From the IMG/VR virus record IMGVR_UViG_3300033407_000009, positions 6,269 through 70,268 of that record: a DNA stretch of 64,000 bases; one strand, given 5' to 3'. Position numbers and translations under genes: made by a program. Positions 15,925-26,688 of the stretch are shown here, in pieces. Below the pieces are notes generated by a model. It did not search any database. It was not told the DNA's origin and saw only the letters and a list, made by a program, of their open reading frames with translations. Positions within the stretch are counted from its first letter, which is position 1, and every line of letters begins with the position of its first letter. This DNA comes from a virus. Lineage: Duplodnaviria > Caudoviricetes.

Positions 15925-16089
15925 CACTGCTGTCGGAATCGCCGATTCTGGCAGCACTCGTCGAACACTACGGAGCAGAAAAGGTGTGGCACACAGGACT
16001 GGACGTGCTCGGATTTCCGCCGGCCTGGCAGCCGAGCGCGTCGGACGCTTTGAAGATCCAGGCCGAATTAGAGAAAGGTTGAGTGAAGC

Positions 16090-16704
16090 ATGGCATTTGA
16101 ATGGGACGCACCAGAAGACGCGGAGACGGGATCCGGCAACTGGCTGAAGGAACCGGGCACGTATCATTTCATCGTGACTGGAGTAGAGGAGGAGCCCAAG
16201 GACAGCAACAAGAATCCGCTTGGTGGATTTCGCGTTAACTGCCAAGCCCTGGCCGGTACGACGAAGGACCAGGAGAGCAGGACGTTCGATATCATGTTCT
16301 TCAATGCGAAGCTGACGGAAAAGAATGAAGGATTGTTCAAGCGAAAGCAGCAGGCTCGATTCTTTATCGCAACGAACATCCTCAAGGATGTCCACGGCCA
16401 GAAAGGATTAAAGATTGACTTACAACAAGCAACAGCACAGCAGGCAATCTGCACGCTTGAGAAAGGCATGAAGGACGGCAAGGAAACCGGATACCTGCAG
16501 CTGGCGTTCGCCAACATCTGGCACGTTGACGACCCTGATGCGGCGAGCTTCCCGAAGTGCGAGAAGTCGCTGAAGCTCATCCCGGCCAGTGGAAGGCGAA
16601 AACCGGAGTCGTTCAAGAAGAAGAATGGCGACGAGGACAGCGGAACGGCTGGTAGTGGAGCGAAGCCAAGTCCGACATCGCCTGTCGATCTGTCGAGCAT
16701 CTAA
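16090..16704 (+). CDS. SSB-like (DUF669-like) protein
   Basis: N-terminal acidic GNWLKEPGTYHFIV followed by OB-like beta pattern; position in the recombination module. Confidence 0.5.
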   Translation: MAFEWDAPEDAETGSGNWLKEPGTYHFIVTGVEEEPKDSNKNPLGGFRVNCQALAGTTKDQESRTFDIMFFNAKLTEKNEGLFKRKQQARFFIATNILKDVHGQKGLKIDLQQATAQQAICTLEKGMKDGKETGYLQLAFANIWHVDDPDAASFPKCEKSLKLIPASGRRKPESFKKKNGDEDSGTAGSGAKPSPTSPVDLSSI

Positions 16705-16737
16705 AGCGGACCCTTTCTCGGCCTGCCCGTCGTCGGC

Positions 16738-19167
16738 ATGTGTTGTTTCAACGCACAGCATATGGCGGAACCGGCGGCGGGCGGGCTTATTCAAATCATG
16801 ACCAACATCGAAGTCACCGCCGTCTACCTTGGCGAGAAGTTCCGATTCAACAACTCGGACGGCGCGACCATCATTTCCGAAGTCGACATCGTCGGCGATC
16901 TGCCGAACGGCACGCCCAAGAGACTGAGCATTAAGGGACCCGGGAACGGATTCCAGATCCATCACACGTACCGCCTCTTCGGCCGCTGGACGAAGTATCG
17001 CAACAAGCGAACCGGCGAGGACGAGCAGCAATTCACCTACACCTCGTCCGTCGAGGCCCAGCCGGCCAGCCGAGCAGGAGTCATCCGCTACATCGCAGAC
17101 GCAGGTAAGGGGAATGGGATCGGCACCGGCCTGGCCGCGAAGATCTGGGAGAAGTTCGGCCAGGATGGAGTGCGACTGCTGCGCGAGGAGCCGGAGGCGA
17201 TCTCCGGGGCCATCAAGGGAATCAGCGTCGACAAAGCGAAGCTGACTGGCCTGGAGCTGACCAAAAAGGCCCACATCGAAGCGTGTTCGATTGAACTGCT
17301 CGAGTTGCTCGACCGCCGCGGGTTCCCGAAGGCCGTCCATCGGAGAGCGATTCAGAAGTGGGGGAATGCTGCGGCGGCGTTTATCCGACGCTCCCCTTAC
17401 GTTTTGATGGAATTCCGGGGCGTCGGCTTCAAAGGCACGGACGCCATGTATCTGGACCTCGACCACAATCCGGCCAGGATCAAGCGGCAGGCCCTCTGTG
17501 CGTGGTACAGCCTAGCGTCTGACACCAATGGAAATACCTGGCTCCCCGCAGAGCACGCCATCCAGGGGATCCGCGACAGCGTGGCCGGCGCCCAACTGAA
17601 ACCCGTCGAAGCTCTCACTTTGGCCAAACGGGCCAGGATCATCGAGACGCTGCGGACGCATCCCACTGGCGGCCAGATCGTCGACCAGGGCGGCAACCTC
17701 TGGGTGGCTGAGGGAAAGAAGGCCCGGGGCGAGCGATTCGTCGCGCGGCAGGTGGTCGACTCACTCGACGAACCAACCCACTGGCCGACGATCGAGAAGA
17801 TCCGCGAGGCCCAGCCGAAGCTGACAGATCACCAATACGAACGGCTGGCGGATTCATTGAAGTCGTCGATCTGTCTGTTCGGTGGGAGTCCCGGAACCGG
17901 CAAGACGTTTGCTGCCGCGGCCCTCATTAAGGCCATCGTCCAGGAGTATGGCGATTTGGTGGTAGCTATCGCAGCCCCCACCGGGAAAGCTGCCGTTAGG
18001 GTTACCGAGGCCCTGCAAGAGTATGGCATCGACCTGCGAGCCAAGACGATCCATTCAACTCTACAGATCGACCAAGTCGGAAACGGTAGCGGAGGATGGA
18101 CCTTCAAATACCGGGAAGGGAATCCCCTGCCGTTCAAATTCATCGTCGTCGATGAATCGAGCATGATTCCGACCGACCTAATGGCTTCACTACTGGCGGC
18201 CAGGGCGAAAGGTACGCACGTATTCTTCGTCGGCGACGTACACCAACTGCCCCCAGTCGGCCACGGCGCTCCGCTACGGGACTTCATCGCCGCCGGCATC
18301 CCATACGGCGAGCTGCGGGAGATCCAACGCAACGCTGGCCGCATCGTCAAAGCATGCGCCCAGATCCGTGACGGCGAGAAGTTTGAAGTGTCGCCAGGAA
18401 TGGATCTGGATGCTGGCGAGAATCTGTATCTGCTCGGCGGAGACAGTAGCGAAGAGATGCTGACGACGCTGGATGGAATCTTCGAGGCGATCAAGATATT
18501 GGGGTTCGATCCAGTCTGGGAAACGCAAGTCGTTGTTCCAGTGAATCGCAAGTCCGACATGAGCCGCGTCGCGCTGAATCGGAAGTTGCAAGAGTTGCTG
18601 AACGATAACCCTGGCCAGAAGGGTGTTGTGTTCCGCAAGGCCGACAAAATCGTGAACACCAAGAACGGCTGGTATACCGCCGTCGACCTGGACGTATCGA
18701 GCCCTGACCTGCAAACGAACGACCAGGGCGAAGTCTACGTGGCGAACGGCGAACTGGCCGAGATCGTCGAAGTCCACGATAAGCTTGTCGTGGCCAAACT
18801 GAATAACCCCAGTCGAGTTATAAAGATCCCACGTGGCAGCCAGGAGAAGGAGAGTACGGAAGATTCAGAAGCTCCTTCGACTGGCTGCTCATGGGATTTG
18901 GGGTACGCAATCAGCGTTCATAAGAGTCAAGGAAGCGAGTGGGGTGTGGTGATTGTCGTGCTGGACGAATACCCCGGCGCCAGGATGGTTGCCGATAGGG
19001 GGTGGGTGTACACAGCGATCAGCCGCGCGAAAAAACTCTGCCTGCTACTCGGCAAGCTGGAGACGGCACACCGATTCTGCCGACAGACGAAGATTCATCA
19101 ACGGAAGACGTTCCTGGCGGAACTGATTAAGTGGGAAGTGGCGAAGAAGATGGTTCATGACATTTGA
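16738..19167 (+). CDS. recD2: RecD2/TraA-like SF1B helicase
   Basis: HhH GIGTGLA, NPY-like SPYVL..FRGVGFK, Walker A GSPGTGKT, IVVDESSMI, VGDVHQLPPVG, GYAISVHKSQGSEW, YTAISRAK. True start may be 16798. Confidence 0.92.
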   Translation: MCCFNAQHMAEPAAGGLIQIMTNIEVTAVYLGEKFRFNNSDGATIISEVDIVGDLPNGTPKRLSIKGPGNGFQIHHTYRLFGRWTKYRNKRTGEDEQQFTYTSSVEAQPASRAGVIRYIADAGKGNGIGTGLAAKIWEKFGQDGVRLLREEPEAISGAIKGISVDKAKLTGLELTKKAHIEACSIELLELLDRRGFPKAVHRRAIQKWGNAAAAFIRRSPYVLMEFRGVGFKGTDAMYLDLDHNPARIKRQALCAWYSLASDTNGNTWLPAEHAIQGIRDSVAGAQLKPVEALTLAKRARIIETLRTHPTGGQIVDQGGNLWVAEGKKARGERFVARQVVDSLDEPTHWPTIEKIREAQPKLTDHQYERLADSLKSSICLFGGSPGTGKTFAAAALIKAIVQEYGDLVVAIAAPTGKAAVRVTEALQEYGIDLRAKTIHSTLQIDQVGNGSGGWTFKYREGNPLPFKFIVVDESSMIPTDLMASLLAARAKGTHVFFVGDVHQLPPVGHGAPLRDFIAAGIPYGELREIQRNAGRIVKACAQIRDGEKFEVSPGMDLDAGENLYLLGGDSSEEMLTTLDGIFEAIKILGFDPVWETQVVVPVNRKSDMSRVALNRKLQELLNDNPGQKGVVFRKADKIVNTKNGWYTAVDLDVSSPDLQTNDQGEVYVANGELAEIVEVHDKLVVAKLNNPSRVIKIPRGSQEKESTEDSEAPSTGCSWDLGYAISVHKSQGSEWGVVIVVLDEYPGARMVADRGWVYTAISRAKKLCLLLGKLETAHRFCRQTKIHQRKTFLAELIKWEVAKKMVHDI

Positions 19168-19179
19168 AAGGAGTTCGTT

Positions 19180-19509
19180 ATGGGGAAGAAGAAGTCATCA
19201 TCCGCGACCGCGACCGTGAAGAAGTCTCGAAAGAAGGTAGACCCCAAACAGCAGTACATCGAAGGAACGGAGCCTGTTCGCGTGGCCGAGATCGACGACC
19301 AGGCCGAACACTACCGCGAGGCCAGAGACTCTCGCATGGAATCGACCGAGGAAGAGGTTGCTCAGAAGGGTATCTTGCTGGAACTGATGCAGAAGCACGG
19401 GCTCGACTACTATCCCATTCCTGACACCGATTACGAAGTCATCGTCGTCAGCGGCGAGACGGACGTGAAGGTAAGAAAGCGAAAGAAGGAGAAGGAGAAC
19501 CAAGAATGA
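19180..19509 (+). CDS. hypothetical basic/acidic protein
   Basis: RBS AAGGAG. Confidence 0.65.
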   Translation: MGKKKSSSATATVKKSRKKVDPKQQYIEGTEPVRVAEIDDQAEHYREARDSRMESTEEEVAQKGILLELMQKHGLDYYPIPDTDYEVIVVSGETDVKVRKRKKEKENQE

Positions 19510-19736
19510 ACGGAAAAGTCCCATGCCCCCGATGCGGTGGGAAAGCGAGCCCCAACGCTCGGGGGTATCAGTGGGTTCACTGTCGTCGGTGCGGCGGACT
19601 GGTTCCGATCAACTACCGCGACGACGACGGGCCGTACAGCGACGACCCAGTACAGTCGGCCATGGCAAACGAACGAGGGATGGCGGACGCTGGCCGCGTG
19701 CTACGCGGAAGCGGCGAACTACGGGGAGGGTTGTAG
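19506..19736 (+). CDS. zinc-ribbon protein
   Basis: CPRC...CRRC. Confidence 0.55.
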   Translation: MNGKVPCPRCGGKASPNARGYQWVHCRRCGGLVPINYRDDDGPYSDDPVQSAMANERGMADAGRVLRGSGELRGGL

Positions 19737-20536
19737 TGGTTCTCGACAGCAAAATCGACATCGTCCGGGACGCTTTCAACATTCATCGTCTGGACGACTG
19801 GACGCGAGTTGAGACGGACGACATTGTCGCGCTGCACGGCGTGGGGGACGTGACGCTCCAGCACATCCGTCTCTATCTGGCAGGCCAAGGCCGAACACTG
19901 CACAACGACCGCACGCCCGGCTACTGGCTGGACCATCTCGGCACGGCCAAGGTGGGGCAACAGATCAGCGATGAGGACAAGTCGATCATCTTCCCGTGCG
20001 CCGTCCTGATCGACACCGCTGAGACGCAGCCGTTCACCTTCCATGGCCTGCGATGCGATGCCGACCAGCAGCATCGGCCGCTCATCGTCAAGACGGAATG
20101 GCGAGCACTTGGCCGGCATCCCGACTCGTTGGGCGACTATTCCCTGGACGGCTACGTCGGCCGCTGCCATGTCGAGCGGAAGTCCGTGAAAGACTTCCAG
20201 GGGACATTGATGGAGTTCGGCCAAGACGGGCGCCGCGAGCGTTTCGAGAGCGAGCTGTCGAACCTGGAGAAGCTCGAAGCAGCGGCCGTCGTCGTCGAGG
20301 GGACACTGCTGCGAGCGATCACCGTCCAGCACGAATACGGCAAGAAGCCTAGCCAGGAAGCGGCCAAACTGCTCATGCGATCAGTGCTCGCCTACCAGCA
20401 GGATTACGACGTACCCTGGCTGTTCTGCGACGATCGACGCATGGCCGAGGTTGCCACGTTCCGGTTTCTGGAGCGATTCTGGAGGAAGGATCAGGAGAAG
20501 AGGAAAGAAGCAGAGAGGATGTTGGCGGGGATTTAG
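19736..20536 (+). CDS. ERCC4/XPF-family nuclease (probable junction resolvase)
   Basis: VLIDTAETQP, GDYS, VERKS, VVVEG motifs; N-terminal HhH-like LHGVGDVTL; GTG start with GGGGAGG. Confidence 0.85.
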   Translation: MVLDSKIDIVRDAFNIHRLDDWTRVETDDIVALHGVGDVTLQHIRLYLAGQGRTLHNDRTPGYWLDHLGTAKVGQQISDEDKSIIFPCAVLIDTAETQPFTFHGLRCDADQQHRPLIVKTEWRALGRHPDSLGDYSLDGYVGRCHVERKSVKDFQGTLMEFGQDGRRERFESELSNLEKLEAAAVVVEGTLLRAITVQHEYGKKPSQEAAKLLMRSVLAYQQDYDVPWLFCDDRRMAEVATFRFLERFWRKDQEKRKEAERMLAGI

Positions 20537-20564
20537 TGCAGCGGATGAGGTTTGGAACTGCGAG
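20536..20564 (+). repeat. solo degenerate CRISPR repeat upstream of the primase
   Basis: GTGCAGCGGATGA-GGTTTGGAACTGCGAG equals the array repeat with an internal ~6-nt deletion; the last 16 nt are identical. Confidence 0.9.
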
Positions 20565-20614
20565 AACTGAGCCACGGATTCGCCACAGGGAGTGGCAAGG
20601 ATTGGCGGGGATAA

Positions 20615-23095
20615 ATGGCACGCAAACGCGACGAAGAGATTGAAAAACTGAAGGCTGTCTGTAGCGGACGATGGCCGGAAATCATATCTGCCTTGTGCAA
20701 CGTCGATGCCGGCTACTTCGATGGCCGGCACAAGGAATGCCCGAGATGCGGCGGGAAGGATCGCTACAGGTGTTTCGACGACGATAGCGGAGGAGCGATC
20801 TGCGGCCAGTGTTTTGACCGTAAGAACGGCGACGGCTTCTCGACGATCGGGTGGCTAACTGGGCGCACGTCGGACAAAGACTTCCCCAAGATCGCCCAGG
20901 AAGTCGCGAAGTTTGTCGGCTACACGCTGAACGGCAAGTACAAGAAGAAGCAAAAGGACCCCGCTGAGAACCTCAAATTCGAGGACTGGCACGAAGGATT
21001 GGTTGCCTACTGGTGCGCGAACCATGAGCCCATTCAACCCGCGGCGGTGGCGGCATTCGGTGGCCGACTCGCCACCTACCGCGGCCAGCATAAGGTGATC
21101 GCCTTCCCGGTACGCGGGCCCGACCTGGACGCCAGCCAGCCAGTGGGATGGGTGATCTCGGCTCTCAATGGGAAGCTCCCCGTTTGGCACAGCGCCGACA
21201 AGACGCCCAGCGATTACGTGAAGGTGAAGACGACCAGTGGCAGCAAGTCTGGTGTCATTTGCGCCGATCCGCCGGAAGGCTTCGACACGCTCTGGAAGTC
21301 TGAGGGGCTGACGGACTCATTGGCGCTTCAGCAGATGACGCCGGGGAAACACTGGGTTGCGACCAACTCGGCCGGGGCCGGCGAGAAGCCGTTCCCTTGG
21401 CTGTGCCAGATGGCCAAAGGCAGGCGGGCCCTCGTCCTGCACGACTGCGACGAGCCCGGGCAGCGCGGCGCCACCTACTCAGACAGCGGCGACGGGAAGA
21501 AGCGGCCAGGGTGGTGCCCGGAATTCGTCCGCGCGGAAGCCGCCGAAGTCCGCAACATCGTCCTGCCATACCCCATCACCCCCACAAAGGGTAAGGATTT
21601 CCGCGACTGGCTGCTGGCTGGCCACGGGATCGAGGATCTGACCGAGATCGTCGAGAAGGCCCCCAAGTTCCAGCGCGACGAGGAATCAGAGACGGAGGTT
21701 GACGAAGCCGTTGACGATCCACACCGTCTAGCCCGCGTCAACCTGCATCGCTATGCCGTCCGCAATAGCGGCGCGACGATCAAATTCTGGCGAGGGGAAT
21801 GGTTCGCTTGGAAAAGGACGCGATACCGGAAGATCAGTGACGGAGAGTTGCGAGCCAAGATGTCAGCCAGCGTCAAGGAACAATTCAACGACGACTGGAA
21901 GTCCACCAAAGACAGTCAGGACGAGCTGAAGCCTGTTCGTAAGGTGACACAGAACTTAATCAACAACGTCATTCGAGCTACTGAATCCCTTTGCATCATC
22001 CCTGAGCATGTCGAGATGGGAACTTGGATCGACGGCCGGCTGCGGGAGAAGCGGAACTATATCTCATTCCAGAATGGCATTCTGGACATCGAGGCGACCT
22101 TGGATCAGAAGAAGGAGATTCTGACCGAGCATTCCCTAAACTGGTTCAGCACGCTCTGCCTGCCATACGACTTTAATCCAGATGCAGAGTGCCCGAAATG
22201 GTTGGCATTCCTACGGCGGAACCTGGAAAACGACATCGAGCGTATCTACCTGCTTCAGGAGTGGGCTGGCTACCTTCTCCTACCGGACACCGGATTTCAG
22301 AAGTTCCTCGTCCTTGAAGGTGAGGGCGCGAACGGCAAGTCCGTCTATTGTGCCGGCATCGAGGCCATGCTGGGACGCGACAATTGCAGTCATGTTTCCC
22401 TGGAAGTCTTCGGGGATCGATTCAGCCGCACCCAAACGTTGGGGAAGTTGGTGAACATCGCGGCCGACGTCGGCGAGATGGACAAGGTAGCTGAGGGATT
22501 CGTCAAATCGTTCACCAGCGGCGAGACGATGTTCTTCGATCGGAAGGGGATCAGCGGCGTCGATACCTATCCCACAGCCAGGCTGATGCTGGCCTGCAAC
22601 AACCGTCCGCGGTTCTCGGATCGGTCTTCGGGAATAACAAGGCGGATGATGATTTGCCCTTGGCGCGTCCAGATCGATCCGGAAGAGCGGATCTCCAACA
22701 TGGACAAGGCTTGGTGGTGGGAACAGGCGGGAGAACTCCCGGGAATGTTTCGATGGGCATTCTATGGGTTAATCAGGTTGCGAAATCAGCAGAGCTTTAC
22801 AGAGCCATCCATTTGCCGTGAGGCACTGGCCGAATACCAGGACGAAATGAACCCGGCTCGCGTATTCCTTCTCGAGGTAACGGCAAGCAGAGGTGGCGCA
22901 AGCGCTTCATCAGCTGAACTGTATGAGCGGTACAAGCAGTGGTGCAAAGACAACGGATACCGACCGCTGGCAAGCAGTTCGCTCGGGAAAGAGATTCGCA
23001 GGATCTACCCACACATCAAACGTGAGAAGATGACTGTCGGCGGGGTGCGTGAATGGAGGTATTCGGGAATGGAGACGAAAGGAGCTGACTGGTGA
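20615..23095 (+). CDS. P4-alpha-like primase-helicase (Zn finger + TOPRIM + D5/SF3 helicase)
   Basis: HKECPRCGGKDRYRC Zn finger, SEGLTD and DCD TOPRIM motifs, GEGANGKS Walker A, SGE...RK...NNRPRFSD...RRM. Confidence 0.93.
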   Translation: MARKRDEEIEKLKAVCSGRWPEIISALCNVDAGYFDGRHKECPRCGGKDRYRCFDDDSGGAICGQCFDRKNGDGFSTIGWLTGRTSDKDFPKIAQEVAKFVGYTLNGKYKKKQKDPAENLKFEDWHEGLVAYWCANHEPIQPAAVAAFGGRLATYRGQHKVIAFPVRGPDLDASQPVGWVISALNGKLPVWHSADKTPSDYVKVKTTSGSKSGVICADPPEGFDTLWKSEGLTDSLALQQMTPGKHWVATNSAGAGEKPFPWLCQMAKGRRALVLHDCDEPGQRGATYSDSGDGKKRPGWCPEFVRAEAAEVRNIVLPYPITPTKGKDFRDWLLAGHGIEDLTEIVEKAPKFQRDEESETEVDEAVDDPHRLARVNLHRYAVRNSGATIKFWRGEWFAWKRTRYRKISDGELRAKMSASVKEQFNDDWKSTKDSQDELKPVRKVTQNLINNVIRATESLCIIPEHVEMGTWIDGRLREKRNYISFQNGILDIEATLDQKKEILTEHSLNWFSTLCLPYDFNPDAECPKWLAFLRRNLENDIERIYLLQEWAGYLLLPDTGFQKFLVLEGEGANGKSVYCAGIEAMLGRDNCSHVSLEVFGDRFSRTQTLGKLVNIAADVGEMDKVAEGFVKSFTSGETMFFDRKGISGVDTYPTARLMLACNNRPRFSDRSSGITRRMMICPWRVQIDPEERISNMDKAWWWEQAGELPGMFRWAFYGLIRLRNQQSFTEPSICREALAEYQDEMNPARVFLLEVTASRGGASASSAELYERYKQWCKDNGYRPLASSSLGKEIRRIYPHIKREKMTVGGVREWRYSGMETKGADW

Positions 23096-23322
23096 AGTGC
23101 CAGGTATGTAAAGCGGAGATTGAAAAACGTGTCGGAACGAAGTTTTGCTCCGGCAAGTGTCGCCAGAAGGCGTACCGCCAAAAAAGCAAAGGAAGCGTTC
23201 TCAAAATGAACATGGAAACCAACCTTTGTCCAGGGTGCGGAATGGAAATTTTCAAGCCAGGATACTGCTCCAATGCCTGCAAGCAGAAATCTTACAGAAG
23301 TTGTGCACGTTACCTTGCGTAA
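23092..23322 (+). CDS. small Cys-rich protein
   Basis: CQVC..FCSGKCRQKAYR, CPGC..YCSNACKQ. Confidence 0.55.
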   Translation: MKCQVCKAEIEKRVGTKFCSGKCRQKAYRQKSKGSVLKMNMETNLCPGCGMEIFKPGYCSNACKQKSYRSCARYLA

Positions 23323-23730
23323 CGATTCGCGTAACGGTTGTTACGCAAAACCGTTACGCTGTTACCCAAAACCGTTACGCGAAGGCTGTTCGCGTAACGA
23401 TTCGCGTAACGGTGTTACGCAAAACCGTTACGCTGTTACTCGAAATCGTTACGCGAAATCCAAGATTGCAAAAGTGCGTCAAAAATGAGTCGGCAGCTTG
23501 AGATTAAAAAGCGTTACGCGAAGTCTCGATTGCCCCAGATTTTACCCAGTTTCGCCCTGACGGCGACCCAGCTTAAGTCGTTTCATATCAACGACTGCCC
23601 TAGGTGCCCCAGTTTTTCTTACTCCTTACTACTCTAAAGAGATAGTTTCACAATCAAATACATAAAACACATTAGAGAAAAGTATGGGGGGGTATATAGA
23701 GAACTGGGCTTCTGGGACTACTGGGACACT
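23308..23730. other. putative replication origin (iterons plus AT-rich core)
   Basis: About 14 GTAAC/GTTAC pentamers at 23309-23517 including a ~49-bp duplication. Then CCCAG repeats (23531-23612) and inverted CTGGG repeats (23704-23725) flank an AT-rich stretch. Directly after the primase. Confidence 0.7.
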
Positions 23731-25360
23731 TTACCTACTTTAACATTGGTGATTTAGATGGGATTGTTCGAAGAGATGGATCTTGGGGTCCAGAGAAGGG
23801 ACGATCCGTCACCATCCCTCCCCCCCGCTGCCCCCTGCCTCGTCTGCGATTCCCCGCTGGCCTGGCTGTCGGTGTACGGCCAGACGTCCTGCTGGCGCTG
23901 TGATCCGCCGCCGGCGACTGGATTGATCAAGATCCGCCTGGCCGCGGCTTACATGGCCGGCCAGTTCGTCTGGCGCGCCCATCCATCCGATCGCTGGGAG
24001 CCGGGCGGCGGCCGCGATGTTGGCCCCGCCCTGGCCGCTTTGGGTGTGGGTGGCGATGTTGGCGGCGTCGGCGGCGAGGCGGACGGCGGCAGGGCAGCTG
24101 GCGTCGAGTTCGTGCCGCCTGGATTCCTGGCCGCTTGGTTCGATCGACTTCGTGAGTGGGCGGTAAATTGACATGGACCCCCGCCTGATCCTCGCTCGCG
24201 AAACGGACACGAAAAACATGCTCGCCGACCAGCGTTCAGAGCACATCCAAGAGACGCTGGTGATTTGCAAGCGGTGTCGAGCGCGTCCGGTGTTTTACGT
24301 GTTCGCCGGCAAGGGTGCCGAGGACGGTATTTGCTTGACGTGCTGGGAGGTGACTAGGCGATGAGCGTGATCGAATGCACGGAGCAGGACACGCTGCGAA
24401 TCACGATTGACAAAACCGTCGTGCTGACGGTCCCGGTGGACGAGGTGGTACGGTTGGTGCTTGAGGATAGCAAGAAGGTGGACGGATGGCGAAGGGACTC
24501 AGCGCAACCCAGCGGACGCTAAGGATCCATGTATAGAGACGGCGTGCTGCAAAAGGACATTGCTGTTGAATTTATGATTGCTGAGTCGACCGTATCAAAC
24601 ATCATATCCGGTCGTCGTTGGCCGCGGATTGAGGAAGTGACCAGGGGGGATTTCTAGATGTCTGGGTGTGTCGACTGCGGGCGGCCATACGGTGACCAAT
24701 ACGGATTCCCGGATTTGATAATCCCAGACGAAGCGTGGCTGGCTATCAGTCCCACGGGACACGGCGGCGGCCTGCTGTGTCCGAGCTGCATTTGCCAGCG
24801 GCTTCATGTTCGCGGCATCACGTGCGAAGGGCGATTTACTTCGGGGCCATTGTGCGAGCGGGAGGGGTGAAGTGGCAAAAGTACCGACTTCAATTGAGTG
24901 TGAGGGTGCCATGAAACCCATCTCCCCGAAACGCCAGCGCCGCAACCGCGAAGCATCCGCGGTCCGCAAGGCATTCGCGGAGGATCTTCCGTTCTGCATG
25001 TTGTGCAGGGTTGGGCCTGGATCGTTGAATCCAATCGACACACTTGGCGGCCGGAGAGGCGTGACCGGGACCCGAAAGGTTACCCATTTTGACATGGGCG
25101 CCAGACGCACCAGATTGGCTTCTGCTGCGAGTTCTCGGATTCGGGGACAATGTGCCGCTCTGGGAGGCGTTCACGCGGGAGGCGGCGGATGACAGCGTGC
25201 AGCGGTGGCGAATTGTCGAGCAGCTAGCGCTGAAGGCTCTCTGCGACGTGAAGCATTACGACCGAGTGAAAGTGAACCAGTTACGCGGCCGTCAACCAGA
25301 CGCCATAACCGAGAGCGAGGTGTGGGCGGCGTTACCTGAGGTGCTGAGGAGGATTGGACG

Positions 25361-25762
25361 GTGAGCGAAAACGTCGCAGGAAAATGGTCAGTATCGACCA
25401 ACGAAGAAAATTACCATGGCACCTTCGACACGGTGGAGGAGGCCATCGAGGAAGGGAGGCAGATGACCGAAGTCGGTCAAGTCTACTGGGTCGCACAATG
25501 CCTCGCGCCGACGCCACCGGAAGACATCTGGGACGCCGAGGATTGGCTGGAGAACGTGTGGTGCCACGAGGATTACAGCGGCGATTGGGCGGAAGGCCAG
25601 GTGTCGCCGAACAAAGAGCAGTGCCGAGAGTTGGAGGAGGAAGTCCGCAAGGTGATGGCCGCATGGCTGGACAGGCACGGATTGCGGCCGACGCATTGGA
25701 ACATTGACCCGGCATCGGTTCGCAAGATTGAGGACGCGATGCGATTTGAAAACGGAGGCTGA
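25361..25762 (+). CDS. hypothetical acidic phage protein
   Basis: GKWS...EENYHGTFDTVEEAIEEG motif. Confidence 0.65.
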   Translation: MSENVAGKWSVSTNEENYHGTFDTVEEAIEEGRQMTEVGQVYWVAQCLAPTPPEDIWDAEDWLENVWCHEDYSGDWAEGQVSPNKEQCRELEEEVRKVMAAWLDRHGLRPTHWNIDPASVRKIEDAMRFENGG

Positions 25763-26409
25763 CGTGAGCGACATCGGCGTGGCTGGAGACGGGGAGCCTG
25801 GAGGTGGAAGGGTGAAGTCGTTCAAACTCGAGTGGGACCGAGAATACGGACCGAGCAAGCGGAGTGGCTGGAGTGTTTGCATTGACGGGAGCTACGTCGT
25901 GGAATTGGAGCGTTCGTTGCTTGTGGCGTTGTTGAAGTGGTGGAGGCGTGAATGTCAGAGCTGAAAGACGAAGTCTGTCGCGAATGCGACAAGCGAATCA
26001 AAGTCGCTCCCTATTCGCCTTGGGACGGCGACGAACCAACCGGGTGTTCCGCGTCGCGATGGGAATCCGAAGCGTGCAGTGAGTACCACGTCGGATGGAT
26101 TTGTCTGGACTGTGCCTTCGTGGCGGCGATGCGAACAAAAGACGAGCCGGGAGTTCGCGGGATGCTCGGCGGTCCTGGTCCTGATTGGGACTTTTCGTAC
26201 GTGTGAACCTGGGGGTGCCCGAGTGAGTGAGACACCGCGAGTACCGGCCGTCGAATTCCAGTGCGATCGCTCTCGTATGACAGAGGAAGAGCAGGAAGAC
26301 CTTGTAGACGTGATCGACATGGTGTTGGCGTGGGGGGGCCAGGTGGTTCGCCTGGACGAGCCAAAGGAATTGATGCCCTGGGAGTTGGGTATAGAGTGAG
26401 ACGATTGAA

Positions 26410-26688
26410 ATGAAGTGGCCAACTGAAGTGCCGGTACTGACGGCGAGGGATATCTGCCGTGGGAAATTCGCCAACACTAAGGGCCGGCGATGCCTGTCTG
26501 GTTGGTGCAGAGAAGTGTTCTCCGGGTCCACACTCTACCATGCTGCAGAGACATCTTTGCGCGCGGAAACTAATAAACCCATCACTTGGTACAACGACGA
26601 CGCGCGAAATTCCAAGGCAGCAATTGCTCGCGCCTGGAACCGAGCGATGGCGCGGCTCGGGTACGTGATCGACAACCCGGAGGCTTGA
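26410..26688 (+). CDS. hypothetical protein (RCLxGW...ITWYND family)
   Basis: Last gene of the rightward early operon. Confidence 0.6.
   Translation: MKWPTEVPVLTARDICRGKFANTKGRRCLSGWCREVFSGSTLYHAAETSLRAETNKPITWYNDDARNSKAAIARAWNRAMARLGYVIDNPEA

Noticed and set aside
15884-16082. Programmed -1 frameshift extension of the SSAP gene into a ~55-aa open frame
   Set aside because: No convincing slippery heptamer. It could be a small separate gene with a rare start, so it is left uncalled.
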